DNA of 64,000 bases from Hydrolagus colliei (taxonomy: Eukaryota), in contig CM068747.1 in assembly GCA_035084275.1 (NCBI GenBank), positions 16,120,001 to 16,184,000 on the forward strand, in the 5' to 3' direction. The position numbers were made by a program, and so were the translations under genes. The notes under the pieces were generated by a model. It made no database searches. It was not told the origin of the DNA and saw only the letters and a list, made by a program, of their open reading frames with translations. Below are positions 24,701 to 37,578 of the stretch, in pieces. Numbering within the stretch: the first letter of the stretch is position 1; every line of letters begins with the position of its first letter.

Positions 24701-27700
24701 CTATAATCCCATGATCTTATTTAATAACAACATACCACTGTAGTAATAAATATAAAAACATTGTGTTAGTTTTAAAGATGCAATAGAATAATTTGGGCTT
24801 TAAAATCAGAATTTGTGGATCATTGGTGAATGCAAATTGTATATGAATTGTGCCTCCTAAATACACAAACACAATACTTCACAGTACAATCTTGTAAAAT
24901 TTCAAATGCATCCATTTGATTTGAATTAATTATTATCATTATTATTATTAATGTTAAATGTAACAATGTTATTTTGAACCTTGAATGCCCACACATTTTC
25001 TGATTTCGTTGTTACTAGGAATATTATTTTCACTATATCCTGAACTCTCCAGACTCCTCCTTGTCTATTAAATATTCTTAAACTATTAACCTAGACTGTT
25101 AAAAAAACACACAAGCTTAACTGCCTCAAGCCTTCCTAATCATATCAATTCCCTAATAAATGGAATCATATTGGTAACTTGGCTTTTTTGAAAGGTTCCA
25201 TGTTAAGAACTGTATATATATGATGGTTTCAAAACCAAATACAGCAAGAAAATATCTCCTTTGATTTGTTCCCTATCCACTGCTAATGGAAATCAATATG
25301 GGGTATGGCTGCCTTAAGCATTTCAGCTACTAAATCTAACTTTCAGTGGCTGAAGGGTGGAATTTATTGTCACGTTCATTTAAATAAATAAGGCTTTATT
25401 TCTTTCGATATGTATATTTGATGCAGCATGTGGATTTTAAATGAATTTAAATGTTGACATTCGGGGCTTTATCCTTCAATTTAATTTGAATGATTTGGAT
25501 CATTCAACTTAAATGTACCTACTATTTGAATGAAAGTTCCAGTTAAAATAAGATAAAAGGAACACCTAAACTTTCAGCAAATTCTCACTGCATACATCTA
25601 ACAATATTATTACCATTTTATTTAATACCGTGAAAAGAAATCTTGTATCTTAGTAGATGCATATATTTGTTTAATAAAAAATCAATTTCAATAAAAAGTT
25701 CCACTCAATTCTTCAAATATTAAATTGAAAGTAAATGTGACATTAGCCAAAGCTTTAGGACTGCTTAATAATTGATGATTTTTCCTCACCAATGAGCTGC
25801 AATAAAGTTGAGTTCCATTCAAAAGATGCGTTGAACTAAATTAAATAGCAAGGCACAAGGTGTGACATTTTACAACAGCTTTGATTAAATTGTATTTGTT
25901 ATGACAGAATGCATTTTTCACCCCTAATGTATTTAACAGAAAGAAGACCCATCTTTGTGTTATACATTAATAATAACCATAATAATAATCCTATTATCAT
26001 GTAACATTGGAGAATCTTGCTTGTGACGCTGCAAAGCTTGTTCCTTTAGCAGAGCTGTCAGGACTGAAAAAAACCCTGTACGTCCATATTTACCTTTTGG
26101 ATTTGGGAAGTTTTTTTCTTTGAAGATTCTGTCTTGTGAACACAATTCAAGGTATTGGTTAACAATGACAAAACAGTTCTGGAAACGCATCAATCAGGTT
26201 CTGAAACAGAAAGAGACAGGTTAACATTTTGTGTGTAACCTTCCATCTGTTGTTAAACGGGTTACACTCCTCAAGGTAGACATCTTGTCGAATCCCAATT
26301 TCATATAAAAGTTAGAATATTCTTACCTTTGTATTTTTCTCTCTAAGGAAGCTGGTAACATGCTAAATTAATACTAATATTAGTAGTAAAACTCACATAA
26401 ATCATATCAGTTGGGACGAAAACATTTAAGATTATAAAAGCAATGTCTTAGTTGCAGACAAATTTATATAAATTGTATAAAATCTGGTTTGAATGGATAA
26501 TCTACACTGCACTACTCTGGACGTCCACCTAACGTGAAAGGCACTCTATAAATGTACTGTTATTGTTTGTTGTTGTTGCACAATTCAATGCAACCAGTAA
26601 AATTTAATTTCAAGTGGTAATAATGAACCAAAAAGGGAGTACTTGAACTTGGTTTCAGTGAAAGTTGTGGTTTCTCAAGGCTTAGTAAATGTTTTGAATT
26701 CTGAGTGAAAAGTCTATTTCCAAAATGATGTGTTTTTAATAGGAAGACAGCAACTGAGTTGAAGCTGTGTGTAAAAATTATGTAAAAATCTAATAAACTT
26801 TCCTGTAAATAAAAGTATGATTCACCAAAGGATAAAAGTAATGCCATTTCATTTCAGGGCATGTATTTTAGCAGAAACATTTCTTTCTTCTATTAAAACC
26901 TGGATTTATCAATTCTGAAATTACTTTTAGAATCTGTTATTGAAGCAATTATTGAAAATGACCTCCTCTAATCCCTTAGAAGTTGCATCAGAACGTAAGC
27001 ATTTTGCCTTGCTATGGCATCGGATAGATCTATAATTTTTTTGTGTGGTGCTTATATTTCATTTCATCAAACATTGTAGTGATCCTCGCCTTTATTAAAG
27101 GTTATTGGGATTTTTCACGTAATGAGACACCTCCGAATGAGCGGTACTTCTGGTAGCTAATCAAAGAATTGTGAGTATTGACATGGTATGTGGGGTCAGT
27201 AGTGAGGATGGGTAGAATGCAATGAACATCACTCACTTTGTGCGCCACCACATCTACTTTCCTATCATTGCCTCTCTCTAGACAATTCATCTTATTCTGC
27301 TTATTCGGGTTTTAAGCACTCCATTAAAAATGAAGGGCACAATAATAATTCAAGTTATTGTTGTTGGTGGTGCAGCAAGTCTTGGAAAGATTTATGTTTT
27401 AGTTTTAAAATTATTTTGTCTTGTTTCATTGCAAGCAAATTTGTCTTGATAAGTTCATAGGACTGTTGTGGAAACTAGCTATACTATGTATAGAATTGAA
27501 TTAGCAACCAGCTCATGGTTGAAATGACAAGACCACTGAAGCAATCTATGTTAATGACTATATATATTGACATAAGTTCAGCTCCTCAATTTGTCACATC
27601 CAGTAACTCCTCCAAGCCAGTTCATTCTCACACGAGGTCGTTACCATCAGGATTTCCCTATTGCAGTACTTAGTATTCCAAAGTCAACAGAACATCAACC

Positions 27701-29385
27701 TCTCCCCCACCAAAAAAAACTAGTATTAATAATAAATTGCTTTCACTGATTTGATTTTAAAATGGATTACAGATGGTGAGAGCCCCTGCTGAAATACCAA
27801 GATGAATAAGCATTTACTGCAGTTTACACTTATTATTGATCCTGCTGGGCTTCAGACACCAATCCATCATGCAAACACTTCCAGGCTTTTTGCACAGATT
27901 CAAAGGTTTTAAGCAGGCCACCCAGGAAAAGAGACAAGCAGGCAAGGTAAGTCATACCATACATGATTCCTTACACTTACAGCCAGTATTTGACTTGCAT
28001 TGATTTTTTTCCAAGCATATTGCAGCTCAGCAGAATGCTCCTCGAGGAAACAAATGCATTTCCTTTCAAATAGAGGCTGCTGCGTATTCCTATGAGTATT
28101 TAGAACTCTCTGGCAATATTTGTATCAACATTGATATCTCAGGTTGTTTATAAATTCAAAATAAGCAGCCATGTATGCCTTCAGACACTGCTGTACTCAT
28201 TGTAACTCCAAAGAAGAATTGATTAGATTCCTTTTTTCAGTAATGCAATTGAAGGAACGATTGATTGATTTAATAAGTTAATCACTGGGGTCTAAATTAT
28301 GACACTTCAGGATGTCTGGAATTAAATCATATGAATCCACAGGAACTTAAATCCAACATAGTTTGGTTGCAAAATGAAGGGCTCGCTGTGAAAAGGCTCA
28401 ACCAACTCAAAGTAGCATTAGGCAACAACACAAAAATATGTTGCACGTACCATACGAAATGATTGACATATCTTTCAGGGTCCTAACACAATCACTTGGC
28501 CCAGTTCTCCAGCTTTAAATGGAGTTGTAAGGATACAGGTACAAATCCATCATTCTCAGTCCATCTGTTGTCCGGATGTGGAACAGAGGTGATCTGGCTT
28601 CTCACAGGGGGATGGAAACTCAGACAGTTCTTTAAAAAATGCCTTTGTTGACTATGTTATTTGATCAAACTCTATATCCTTCCCTCACTGTGTAGAGATT
28701 GCCATTACCTGTGCGAAGCACAGTACTGTCATCCAACGTTAAAAGGCGTTGTAAAAACAAGTCAATGTTAGTACCCCAGAGCAAGTGTGGGAGGTGTGAG
28801 GGTGGGGGAGGGTTCTACTTGTGTGGGAGGTGCTATATAAATGCAAGTTGTTGTTGTTGCAAAGTTGCTTTATACAATTTCTTGGAGGTCAGTTAGCTCA
28901 ACAAAGATGGCAGGGTACAGCCTTTACAATCAATGCAGATTAAAAATTTGGGGGATGAATACAGATGGATATTCAAAACAAAAGAAAGAGCCATGATTCA
29001 AGCTTCTAAGGATACCACCACTGGTAATAGCAGAAGTCTGTAACTAACGAGTTGATTGAGTTAAAGAACTGCAAGTGTGTTCCAGGCATCTATGGTTCAA
29101 GTAGATGAATTGTAGATATAAATGGCATGATCTCTTGCTATGTTCTTTTGGGCACACTATAACTGTTTGCTAATGCACTAAGTTTCTGTAAGTTACGCCC
29201 TGGATAAAAAATAAATGTAATTACTACAAAAATATTCCTCTTATCCTCCTTGTTATCTTGTTGAGCTTGCAAACAATCAATAATGACCAGATGTATTCTG
29301 CTAGTGGTTAGTACTAGTCAAGACAACTGCATTCCCCCCACGTCTCTATCCACTCCCCATCAATGTAACTTTGTTTTGTACAAAA

Positions 29386-29713
29386 TAATAATCCTTGCAT
29401 TTAATATAGCACTTGATCCTGTCTTCAAGATGCCTCAAGCGCTTTCCTGAATACATTGTTAAGTGAATTGACTATATATCTTGTGGGTGAAATGCAGCAA
29501 CCAGTGGCACACAGCAGTGACGCACAGACAGTTTCAGTGACCAATTCTTTTTTGAAGGAATTATTGTTTCCAGGAAAGCGATCCGCTACTTGGCTAATAA
29601 ACCAGGTTCCTACTTAGTGCTAGGTAAACAGAGTGTTCAACATTATGCTCTTCCAGGAGTCGAACCCTGGCCTCTCACTTGTGAGATGCGTGCTCTAACC
29701 ACTAAGCTACAGA
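29386..29713 (-). mobile_element. tRNA-SINE (long subfamily)
   Basis: TGTAGCTTAGTGGTTAGAGCAC..GGGTTCGACTCC, internal TGTTTACCTAGCACTAAGTAGGAACCTGG, shared tail. Confidence 0.87.
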
Positions 29714-30416
29714 ATAATCTGAACTCATTACAATGATGTAGACAACAGCTTGACAAAAGTATAAGACAGTCAATTTTCTTTGTGGAATTTCTTTCCCCAG
29801 ATGAACCCAAGTGAAAATGTCACCGAGCCTGGGATTCAGACTTGTTTTGCATTTGAGTATTTAAAACTCTAGTGTTATAGTTAAGTATTGTGCTGGCCAA
29901 TATACATTAACGTAGCATATTCCTTTTTGGACATACGACCTGGTCATCTGAGAGCCTGATTTCTCCATTTACTGCTCTTATTGGAATTATAACTCTTTTG
30001 GGACGGTCGGGTGTCTGACACATGCAGAACCCCATCACCGTACTTAAGAGTATCAAATCCAAGCTGAATTTCCATGCATCCCACCTACAGATGGAATTAC
30101 CAGAGATAGATTGTTGAATGGAATGCGCATGCTCTCCCTGGAGGGGCACATCCTACTAACCGAAATCGCAAAAGTATTAGGTGCAGGTTGGTAAGAACCA
30201 AGGCTTGGGGATCCCAGAGTGTGTGTTGGGATATTCCTAGAACCAAGCTAGATAAAACCGCATAGCTCGCCATTCATATTCATGTAGTCAAGATTTTCCA
30301 TTGCTTGTCCAGCTAGGACCATCCCACACGTTGCAGTTAACAGGAGCTGAGTGGGATGACTCCCTATCCCCAGTGACTGGTCTGTCCTTCCAGTTCCTGC
30401 TGATGAGCCACACTGA

Positions 30417-30733
30417 CTGTCCTATAGCTCAGTCCTGTAGCACTCACCTTGCAAGCGTGAGACCTTCGAATCCAGGCAGATCAGGGCAAAACCTTGGGCA
30501 AGTTTCCTTGCTCCACACTCCTAATAGTAATCTGTCCAAAAAAAAACACAATAATAAAAATTGGTCAGTTCAATCCATGATTGTTTGTGGGGACACACTG
30601 TGAGTGATTGCCTGCCACGTTTCACCCACAACTATACAGTCAATTCACTTTACAGTATATTCTGTGAATCGCTTTGAGATGTTGATAAGATATGAAAAGC
30701 GCTATATCAAATGCAAGGATTATTATTATTATT
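30417..30733 (+). mobile_element. tRNA-SINE (short subfamily) inserted into an older repeat
   Basis: Head, core and (TTA)n tail are present; the flanks belong to one older element (see findings). Confidence 0.87.
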
Positions 30734-30944
30734 ATCATCAGCAGAGCCCCAGAATTCAGCAACTCTGCCTGTCTTAGGAACCGGACTACCATAGAGGGCT
30801 TCCTCAATTCTGCCATTCCATTGCCAAGCCTGTCACCTTGATGCTAGTTTAGCTCCAAGGAGAACCCACTTATCTCCCTCCCATGAAGGAAAGTTTTATT
30901 GCGATGCACAATTTATTCCCTCCGCATTACTCTTTTTTAAAAAA

Positions 30945-31180
30945 GAAAACTTTTTGTGATAGCTGGATATTGGAGGACTAGAGAGTATGAATTCCAGATT
31001 GTTTCTACAAGAGAAAAGGAGAGGACCTTAGGAGCTTCTTCTCTCAGAGGGTTGCAACTGTATGGAGTGATTTCCCAGGTGAGACTGTTAAAGCAGAGTT
31101 GATTGGAACATTTTCTGAAAGAATTGGCAAGCACTCGCAGTGGAAGGAAACTGGAGAGTCTGCAGAAAATTTTATTTTGG
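30945..31180 (+). mobile_element. Degenerate CR1 3' fragment
   Basis: GGACTAGAG..TATGA...AGGAGCTTCTTCTCTCAGAGGGTTG...TGGA (TRGH / FFSQRVV..W motif). Confidence 0.55.
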
Positions 31181-31517
31181 TCAGTCATGTGTCTGACACA
31201 TCTGGAAACCCATGTTTAACACCGAAACCAAACTTAGAGTTCCATGAATTCCACCTACACACAGAAATTTCAGAGATATTTGTTGGAATTGAATGCACAC
31301 TCTCCATGGAGTGATGCATCCTGCTTATTTAATTCTGGAAAGTATTCATTGCAGGTTGGCAAGAGCTAAGGCTTAGAGACCCCAGAGTGTGCTTTAGAGT
31401 ATTAGAGCCCATGCTTCCCTGCAGCCAATTCCTTGTTTGCCACAAATGTAACATACTGCTGGATGCTGGAATTTGGAAATAGACTCTTCGCTGCACCCCA
31501 AGAGCTTGAATTCATGT

Positions 31518-31873
31518 GGAGTCCTGTAGCTTAACGGTTAGAGCACTCACCTCACAAATGAGATAACCTGGGTTCAATTCCCTGGCAAGCCGAAATGTTG
31601 GCCAAGTTTCTTTACTTCACATGTCTGTGTTTACCTAAAAGTAATGGAGGTAATATTCCCATCAAGCAAGGGATATAATCAAGCAAATTATATAAATATA
31701 ATAATTTGATCACTCAATCTACGACTATTTGTGGGACACTGCTTTGTGCAATTGGCTGCCACGTTTCGCCAAGAAAATATACAGTGAATTCACTCTGCAG
31801 TGTATTTTGTGAAGTGCTTTGAGATGTTTCAAGAGTGATAAGCTGCTACATCACATGCAAGGATTATTGTTAC
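31518..31873 (+). mobile_element. tRNA-SINE, full length (long subfamily)
   Basis: GGAGTCCTGTAGCTTAACGGTTAGAGCAC..GGGTTCAATTCCC, core and tail. Confidence 0.88.
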
Positions 31874-32429
31874 TATAAAAAAGGAGAACTGTTTGCACAA
31901 GTTTTGAATGCCGCAAGCTTGACCTGCATTGAGACTTTGCTGGGCCTGAAGAGAGATAAGCAGGAACAGAGTGCCCTTTGCCCCCTTCACAGCACTGTTC
32001 TTCAAGACAGTGCCCATACAACAGATGGCACAAGGTTTTGCTCAGCTGAAAATCGAACCCAGGTCTCTTACTTGCAAGGCGATTGATCTAACCACTGAGC
32101 TACAGGACCTCTATGTAGGTTTACAAATGCACAAATTATAATGCATGACTGTATTGCACGATAAAGAATTTCACCTTTTCTAAATTATGCACTTTCGCTA
32201 GCTCTCATTAAATCCTTGTATTCAGTATAGATATCCAAAAATTAGTTTGCCAACCAACGTGCTGCTGAAGATTAATGCATTTTTTAAATAAATCAATGCT
32301 CCAGATGATGTGTTTAAGATTCAGTTGCAACATTTGGTAATTAGAGAATGGTCTATCATTACCCCACCAGTAATTAATTATGTAGACAATAATAAATAGG
32401 ATAGGGTGAATTTGTTTTCTGCTCTTTTA

Positions 32430-32780
32430 TCCATTTTCTCGCTTCCTCCCTTAAGGTTGGTAAATCATGCAGGGATATATTTCCTCAAACTTCTGGCAGA
32501 TCTCCAGAACCTCACTCAAGTGACCATTATTCATATATGAACCTAAGCACTGAGCGTTGGCAGATTTTTTTAATGTTGGAGTAAACGTTAAAGCCAAGCC
32601 AGATCCAAGCCTCACCCAATGACTTTACGTATGTCTTTTGAAAGTTAATGGCTGGATAGCAGTTAGAAACATTAATCTTGCTTTACTTTCACTTCATCTT
32701 GCCCGGGCCAATTGTTGTGGCCACTTCACAAATTAATTAAGTTTACCTAATATAGGGAATAAAAATTGTGATCTTATTGG
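32430..32780 (-). mobile_element. Ancient AmnSINE2-like SINE
   Basis: Reverse complement: ACAATTGGCC..GCTATCCAG..TGGGTGAGGCTTGGATCTGGCTTGGCT..CTGCCAACGCTCAGTGCTTAGGTTCATATATGAATAATGGTCACTTGAGTGAGGTTCTGGAG..GAGAAAAT. Confidence 0.6.
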
Positions 32781-33564
32781 TTTGAACTCCAGCTCAGCCA
32801 AAACTGTGTGTAACAGCTTGGAGTTTTATAGAGTCTATAATTTAAGGTAATGTCTCAAAACACTTTGCAGAGATGGCGCAGAAATCCAGTGTTGTTGGTG
32901 GTCAGGGAGGTGGGGAGGTGACTGGAGGAGAGATCCGGGACATCCCCTTTTGGATGTCCTCCCGACGTGAAAGGCGCTCTATAAATGTAATTTTGTTGTT
33001 GTTGTTGAAGAGGGGATATACCCATAGTAGGCACAAGAGAAAGATTTGCAAGAGACTTTTAAACAGAGCAAGAGACATAGACACACACACACATACACAC
33101 ATACAGAAAGAGAAAGGAAGATAGAGAGAGGGAGAGAAGAGGTGGGGCGGGTGGGGTGCAGGGGTGCTTTTTCACAGCACGTGTTGTGCACTGTACATGG
33201 AACCATAGAAATTTATGACACTGAAATTTACAGTGATTTAGCCCATTACGTCTGCTAGTGCATCCAGTGCAATCCTTTCACTCCTTTCAATACCTCTGAA
33301 AATTCTCCACATATTCCTGAGGCTGATTCTTGCATCATGTTAGTCATAAATATTTTACATAACCGTCATCAAACCATGTACAGCAGGGGATAAATAAGAT
33401 GCTCTTCTTTCCAAGGGGAGGTAAGGAACCCAACTCTGTAACTTTGGGTTGGCTTCCACCAGTTCCTATCTCTCAAAACACAAAATACTGCAGATGCTGG
33501 AAATCGGAAACAAAAACAGAAATTCCTGGGAAAACTTAGCAAGTCGGGCAGCATGCATGGAGAA

Positions 33565-33612
33565 AGGAAAGTAAGTCAACGTTTCGGGTCCACGACCCTC
33601 CGTCGGAACTGG
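33565..33612 (-). ncRNA. Minimal hammerhead motif, antisense copy with mutated core
   Basis: Reverse complement CCGACGG-A-GGGTC-GTG-GACCC-GAAACGTT: perfect stem II and palindromic ACGT, but the CUGANGA box is altered. Confidence 0.5.
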
Positions 33613-33659
33613 AAGGGTTCTGATGAATGGTCGTGGACCCGAAATGTTGATCACTTTCC
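33611..33659 (+). ncRNA. Minimal type I hammerhead ribozyme motif (Penelope-associated)
   Basis: CTGATGA(33620-26)-A-TGGTC-GTG-GACCC-GAAA-TGTT; flanks GGAAGGGTT and GATCACTTTCC could form stem I. Confidence 0.65.
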
Positions 33660-34479
33660 GTTCTCCATGGATGCTGCCTGACCAGCTGAGTTTTCCCAGC
33701 AACTTCTGTTTTTGTTTCCTATCTCTCTCAGTTTGGAAATGACAGAAGGAGCCAAATGACACAAGCAACCCTGTGTGATAGTCAACTGAGACTCAGTCTA
33801 ATATCCTTCTGGTTTGGAGTTAAGATCTCAACTATTTTTATTCCCATGTTGCAAGGTTTCATGTTCTAATTGAATTGTCCTCATCTATTTAGCTTGCTAT
33901 TGCTTTGAATCTTATCAGATTGTCTTTTTTTTAAGAATTAAAAATGTTGCAGTCACTAGATCCTAACATTTATGCTACAGAAGCAATAGGGTAGATATTC
34001 AAAGAAAACCTGTAGGGGGCTCTCATGTACAGTTTATATACTGCTCTATACATAAAAAATTACACTTCCCAGTTGCAGTGCAATAAATGCAAACCTTACT
34101 AAGCATTGTATTGTACAAAAAATTAAATACAACAAATTGGATCAGGAACATATTTACTTGTAAGACTTAAAAATCTAAACGGAAGCGACTTACAGATTGG
34201 AAAACAAATATTGTGGTTCTGTTTTAGAATCCCTAAATTGGCAAAGCTGAATAGATGTTACCAATGACATTTTAAGAACTGAATTACAAAATTTAAAGGA
34301 TATGACAGCAGGAAGAGGAAATGTCCATTCAACTATTTTATACAAGTTTTCTGGAGTAATATATTATGGTAATTTTCTCTTTGAAATTTGGTAATCGACA
34401 GACCATTAATCATATATCAACACTGAAACCACTGGTGCTTTGCCTAAATTAGGAATTAATATAGTGTGTTATGAATTGC

Positions 34480-36120
34480 TGAAGTGGAAATCGAGCAAAC
34501 TGAAACATTTATTAAAAATAAGAGATACAAAGAAAATAATAATAGGTGTAACAAGGGAATGTGAGAAAAAAAACTTGAAAGGAATATCAAGGGCAACAGC
34601 AAATGTTTTTATAAATATATTAAGAGAACGAGAGTGGTAAATGGTCATGTGGGCCCATTAAAGAAAGATGTAGGTTAGACTATAATGGATAATAAGGAAA
34701 TTGGAGGCTTCAATGAATATTTTGCTTCTGTTTTTCGCACCAGAGAAATAGGACAAATTACCAGTGTCACAGCGGAACCTACAAATAAGCTAACAACAAC
34801 TTCAATTTATATAGCGCCCTCCACGCTGGACAGTACCTCAGACTTATTTTAATAAGATTCCACACAAGAGTTTATTAGCAAAAATAAAAGCACATGGAAT
34901 CTGAGGTAACTTTGTGACATGAATTGGTAACAGAGAATAGGGATATAAGCAATGTTATCTGATTGGAGGGGAGTGATAAGTGGTGTTTTCCAAAGGCTTG
35001 AGTTGGGGCCTCAGTTTTTCACCATATTTTATACCACTTGACACGTCTCGCCAATCAGATAACGTTCCTTTTATTCCCTATTCTCTGTTTATTTCTATAA
35101 ATAAATGGCTTGTGTGAAGCAGTAGTGAGTTTTATATCCTAATTTGCAGATAACACAAACTTAAGATGCACTGTAAATTGTGTAGATGGGAACACAAAGT
35201 TACAAAGGGAAATAGATAGATTAAGTGAAAGGGCAAAACTGTGGCAGATGGAATTCGATGTGGAGAAATGTGAGTTCCTCCACCATGGGTCCAAAAATAG
35301 CAAAACAGAATATTTTCTAAATACTGTGGATGAGCAAAGGGATTTGGATGTCCACGTACACAAATCACAAAAAATAAACTCACTGATACAAAAAGTTATC
35401 AAAAAGGATAAAACGATGTTGGCTATTATCTCAAGGGGCCTGGAATATAAAGGAGAGTAAATGATGCATTAACTATATAGAGGCTTGGTCAGACCCCAGT
35501 CCCGGGATCTACTACTGTGAAGCGCTCTGAGACGCCGTCTGGCATGGAGGGCGCTATGTAAATCAAAGTTGTTGTTGTTGTTGTGTTCAGTTTTCAATAC
35601 CACACCTTAGCAAGGATATATTGAATCTGGAGATGGTGCAGCGTAGAATCACCAAATGATACCAGGGCCAAAAGGGTTAAATTTTGAGGACAAGTTGCAT
35701 AAACCTGGTCTCTATTCCCTTGAGTTTAGATGGTAACAGGTGATTTGATTGCGGTTTTCAAAATAATAGATTTGATATGGTAGATACTAGATACTGAAAA
35801 ACTATTTCCTTTGGTGGGGGAATCCAGAACAACTTGCATAATCTTAAAATTAGAGCTAGGCCATTTAGGAATGAAATTAGGAAGCAGTTTTTCACCTTTT
35901 CAAGAGTGGTGGAAATCTAAAACTCTCTCTCCCAAAAGATTGTGAATGCCTGATCCATTCACATCTTTAAATCTGAGGTGATAGATATTTGTGAGGCAGG
36001 GTGTTAAGTGATATGGGGAAATACCAGGTAATTGGAGTTGAGGTTCAGATTAGCCAGGATCTTATAGAATGGCAGAACAGGCTCGAGGGGTTGAATGGCC
36101 TACTCCTGTTTCTGTGCTTC
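34480..36120 (+). mobile_element. CR1 LINE, decayed and internally deleted
   Basis: KCFYKYI, NEYFASVF, F.K.PH..L..KIKAHG, FAD.T.L, WQMEFDVEKCE.LH.G.KN, ISRGLEYK; 3' UTR GGCTCGAGGGGTTGAATGGCCTACTCCTG. Confidence 0.9.
35499..35583 (+). mobile_element. Short L2-type tail insertion (second tail family) inside CR1
   Basis: GTGAAGCGCTCTGAGACGCCGTCTGGCATGGAGGGCGCTATGTAAATCAAAG(TTG)n. Confidence 0.8.
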
Positions 36121-36719
36121 TAAATCCAAGGTGTTTTGATTCAGAGGAATTTCAAATAGAACATTTAAACACAGATTGTAAAAAATATGTTTTACACAAA
36201 AATAACTCACATTTATATATCACCCTTTACGCAATGTAGCGTCTTGAAGTGCTAAACAATAGCTTGACACTAATAGCTAGAGAGAGAGAGAGAGGAGGTG
36301 AACATTTGGTTGAAGAGGAAGGTCTTCAGGTGTGATTTGAAGATGGCATTTATTAAAGTAGAGAGTTCCAGAGTTGTGTGGCTTAGTAGTTGAAAGCTTA
36401 GCTGCTGAAGGCAGGAGCCAGTTCAATGATGGGCAAGCAAGTTGGAGAGATTGGGAGTCGTCAGCACATGAGTATATGAATGTAACTGAAACATAGTTAG
36501 TGATGCCTAAGATGCAATTGCAAACTAATTGATACCGGCTTAAACACCAAAAAGGGAGTGTATGACAATCTAATAAGAATTGCAAACAATTTAACATCCT
36601 TATTGATTAGACATCTCTAGGGCAGAAACATTTAATAGCAATGTGATGCAATAAGCTGCATTCATTTTTCTTCAGAAGGCTGATTAGTTAGTCGATTGGG
36701 GGTAATAATTAACTTAAAT

Positions 36720-36903
36720 ACAAATAAATTGGTCACTTCAATCCACGACTGTTTGTGGGACACTACTGTGTGCAATTGGTTGCTGTGTTTCACCAACAAA
36801 ATATACAGCCAATTCACTTTACAGTATATTTTGTGAAGTGTTTTGAGGCATTTTGAACAAGTGTTAAGGCACTATAATAAACTACAAGGATTATTATTAT
36901 TAT
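36720..36903 (+). mobile_element. tRNA-SINE 3' half
   Basis: Shared core and tail. Confidence 0.85.
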
Positions 36904-37578
36904 CATAGCCTTGCAGTTTTTTGATCCACGTGCTACAGTCTTTCCAAAAGTAAAATGGACAGGTTTCATTTTTCTTTTGGCATTGTTGTGTACGAATAAG
37001 CAGATGAATCTCTTGTGGGAGAATTATGTGGTGTGTTTGGATTCTGATCACTGTTTTCGATCAATTCATAGGATTCATTAAATTATGCAGTGCAGAAAAT
37101 AATCATGAAGTTATCTGAATTTAGGTTTCTGGTCTGTGACTTTTATGACTCAAACAATATACTATATATCTGGGAATTTATCCAGCAATCACAGTACTGT
37201 AGTTGTCTTCCGAATGATGTATTAGTTTTGAGGTACATTATTTGTTCATCTTTGTGAATATGTAAAAAATAAGTAAAGATGATTTTTATTGGTGAATCAC
37301 TGAACAAACACCAAATTCTGATAGCTGAAGCCTCTTTATTTGTGGAACTATAAATCTCTTTCAGTCAAAATGATAGTGTAAGGTCAATATTAATCATCAG
37401 AACCAGAATACATTACAATTCATTCAACTAGGCTTTGAATATCCCTTGGAATTGGATTTTATACTAGCACATCAAATTATTGGATTTTTCAAAGAAACAA
37501 AGTGTAAGTAGTTATACACCAGGTGTATGTTACATAAAGGTTGGTACTGCATGATAATTGGAACATACAGATATTCAG

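Larger units (their letters stand above)
33475..33715. mobile_element. Palindromic Penelope pLTR-derived non-autonomous element
   Basis: About 105-bp arms in inverted orientation, homologous to the pLTR at 6062-6160; flanked by direct repeat TTCCTATCTCTC (33463-33474 and 33716-33727). Confidence 0.85.

Noticed and set aside
27740-28330. Repeat-free block with TGATTGAT/TAAT motifs, a possible conserved non-coding element (also about 25700-25950)
   Set aside because: Conservation cannot be shown without alignments, and such motifs are common in AT-rich DNA.
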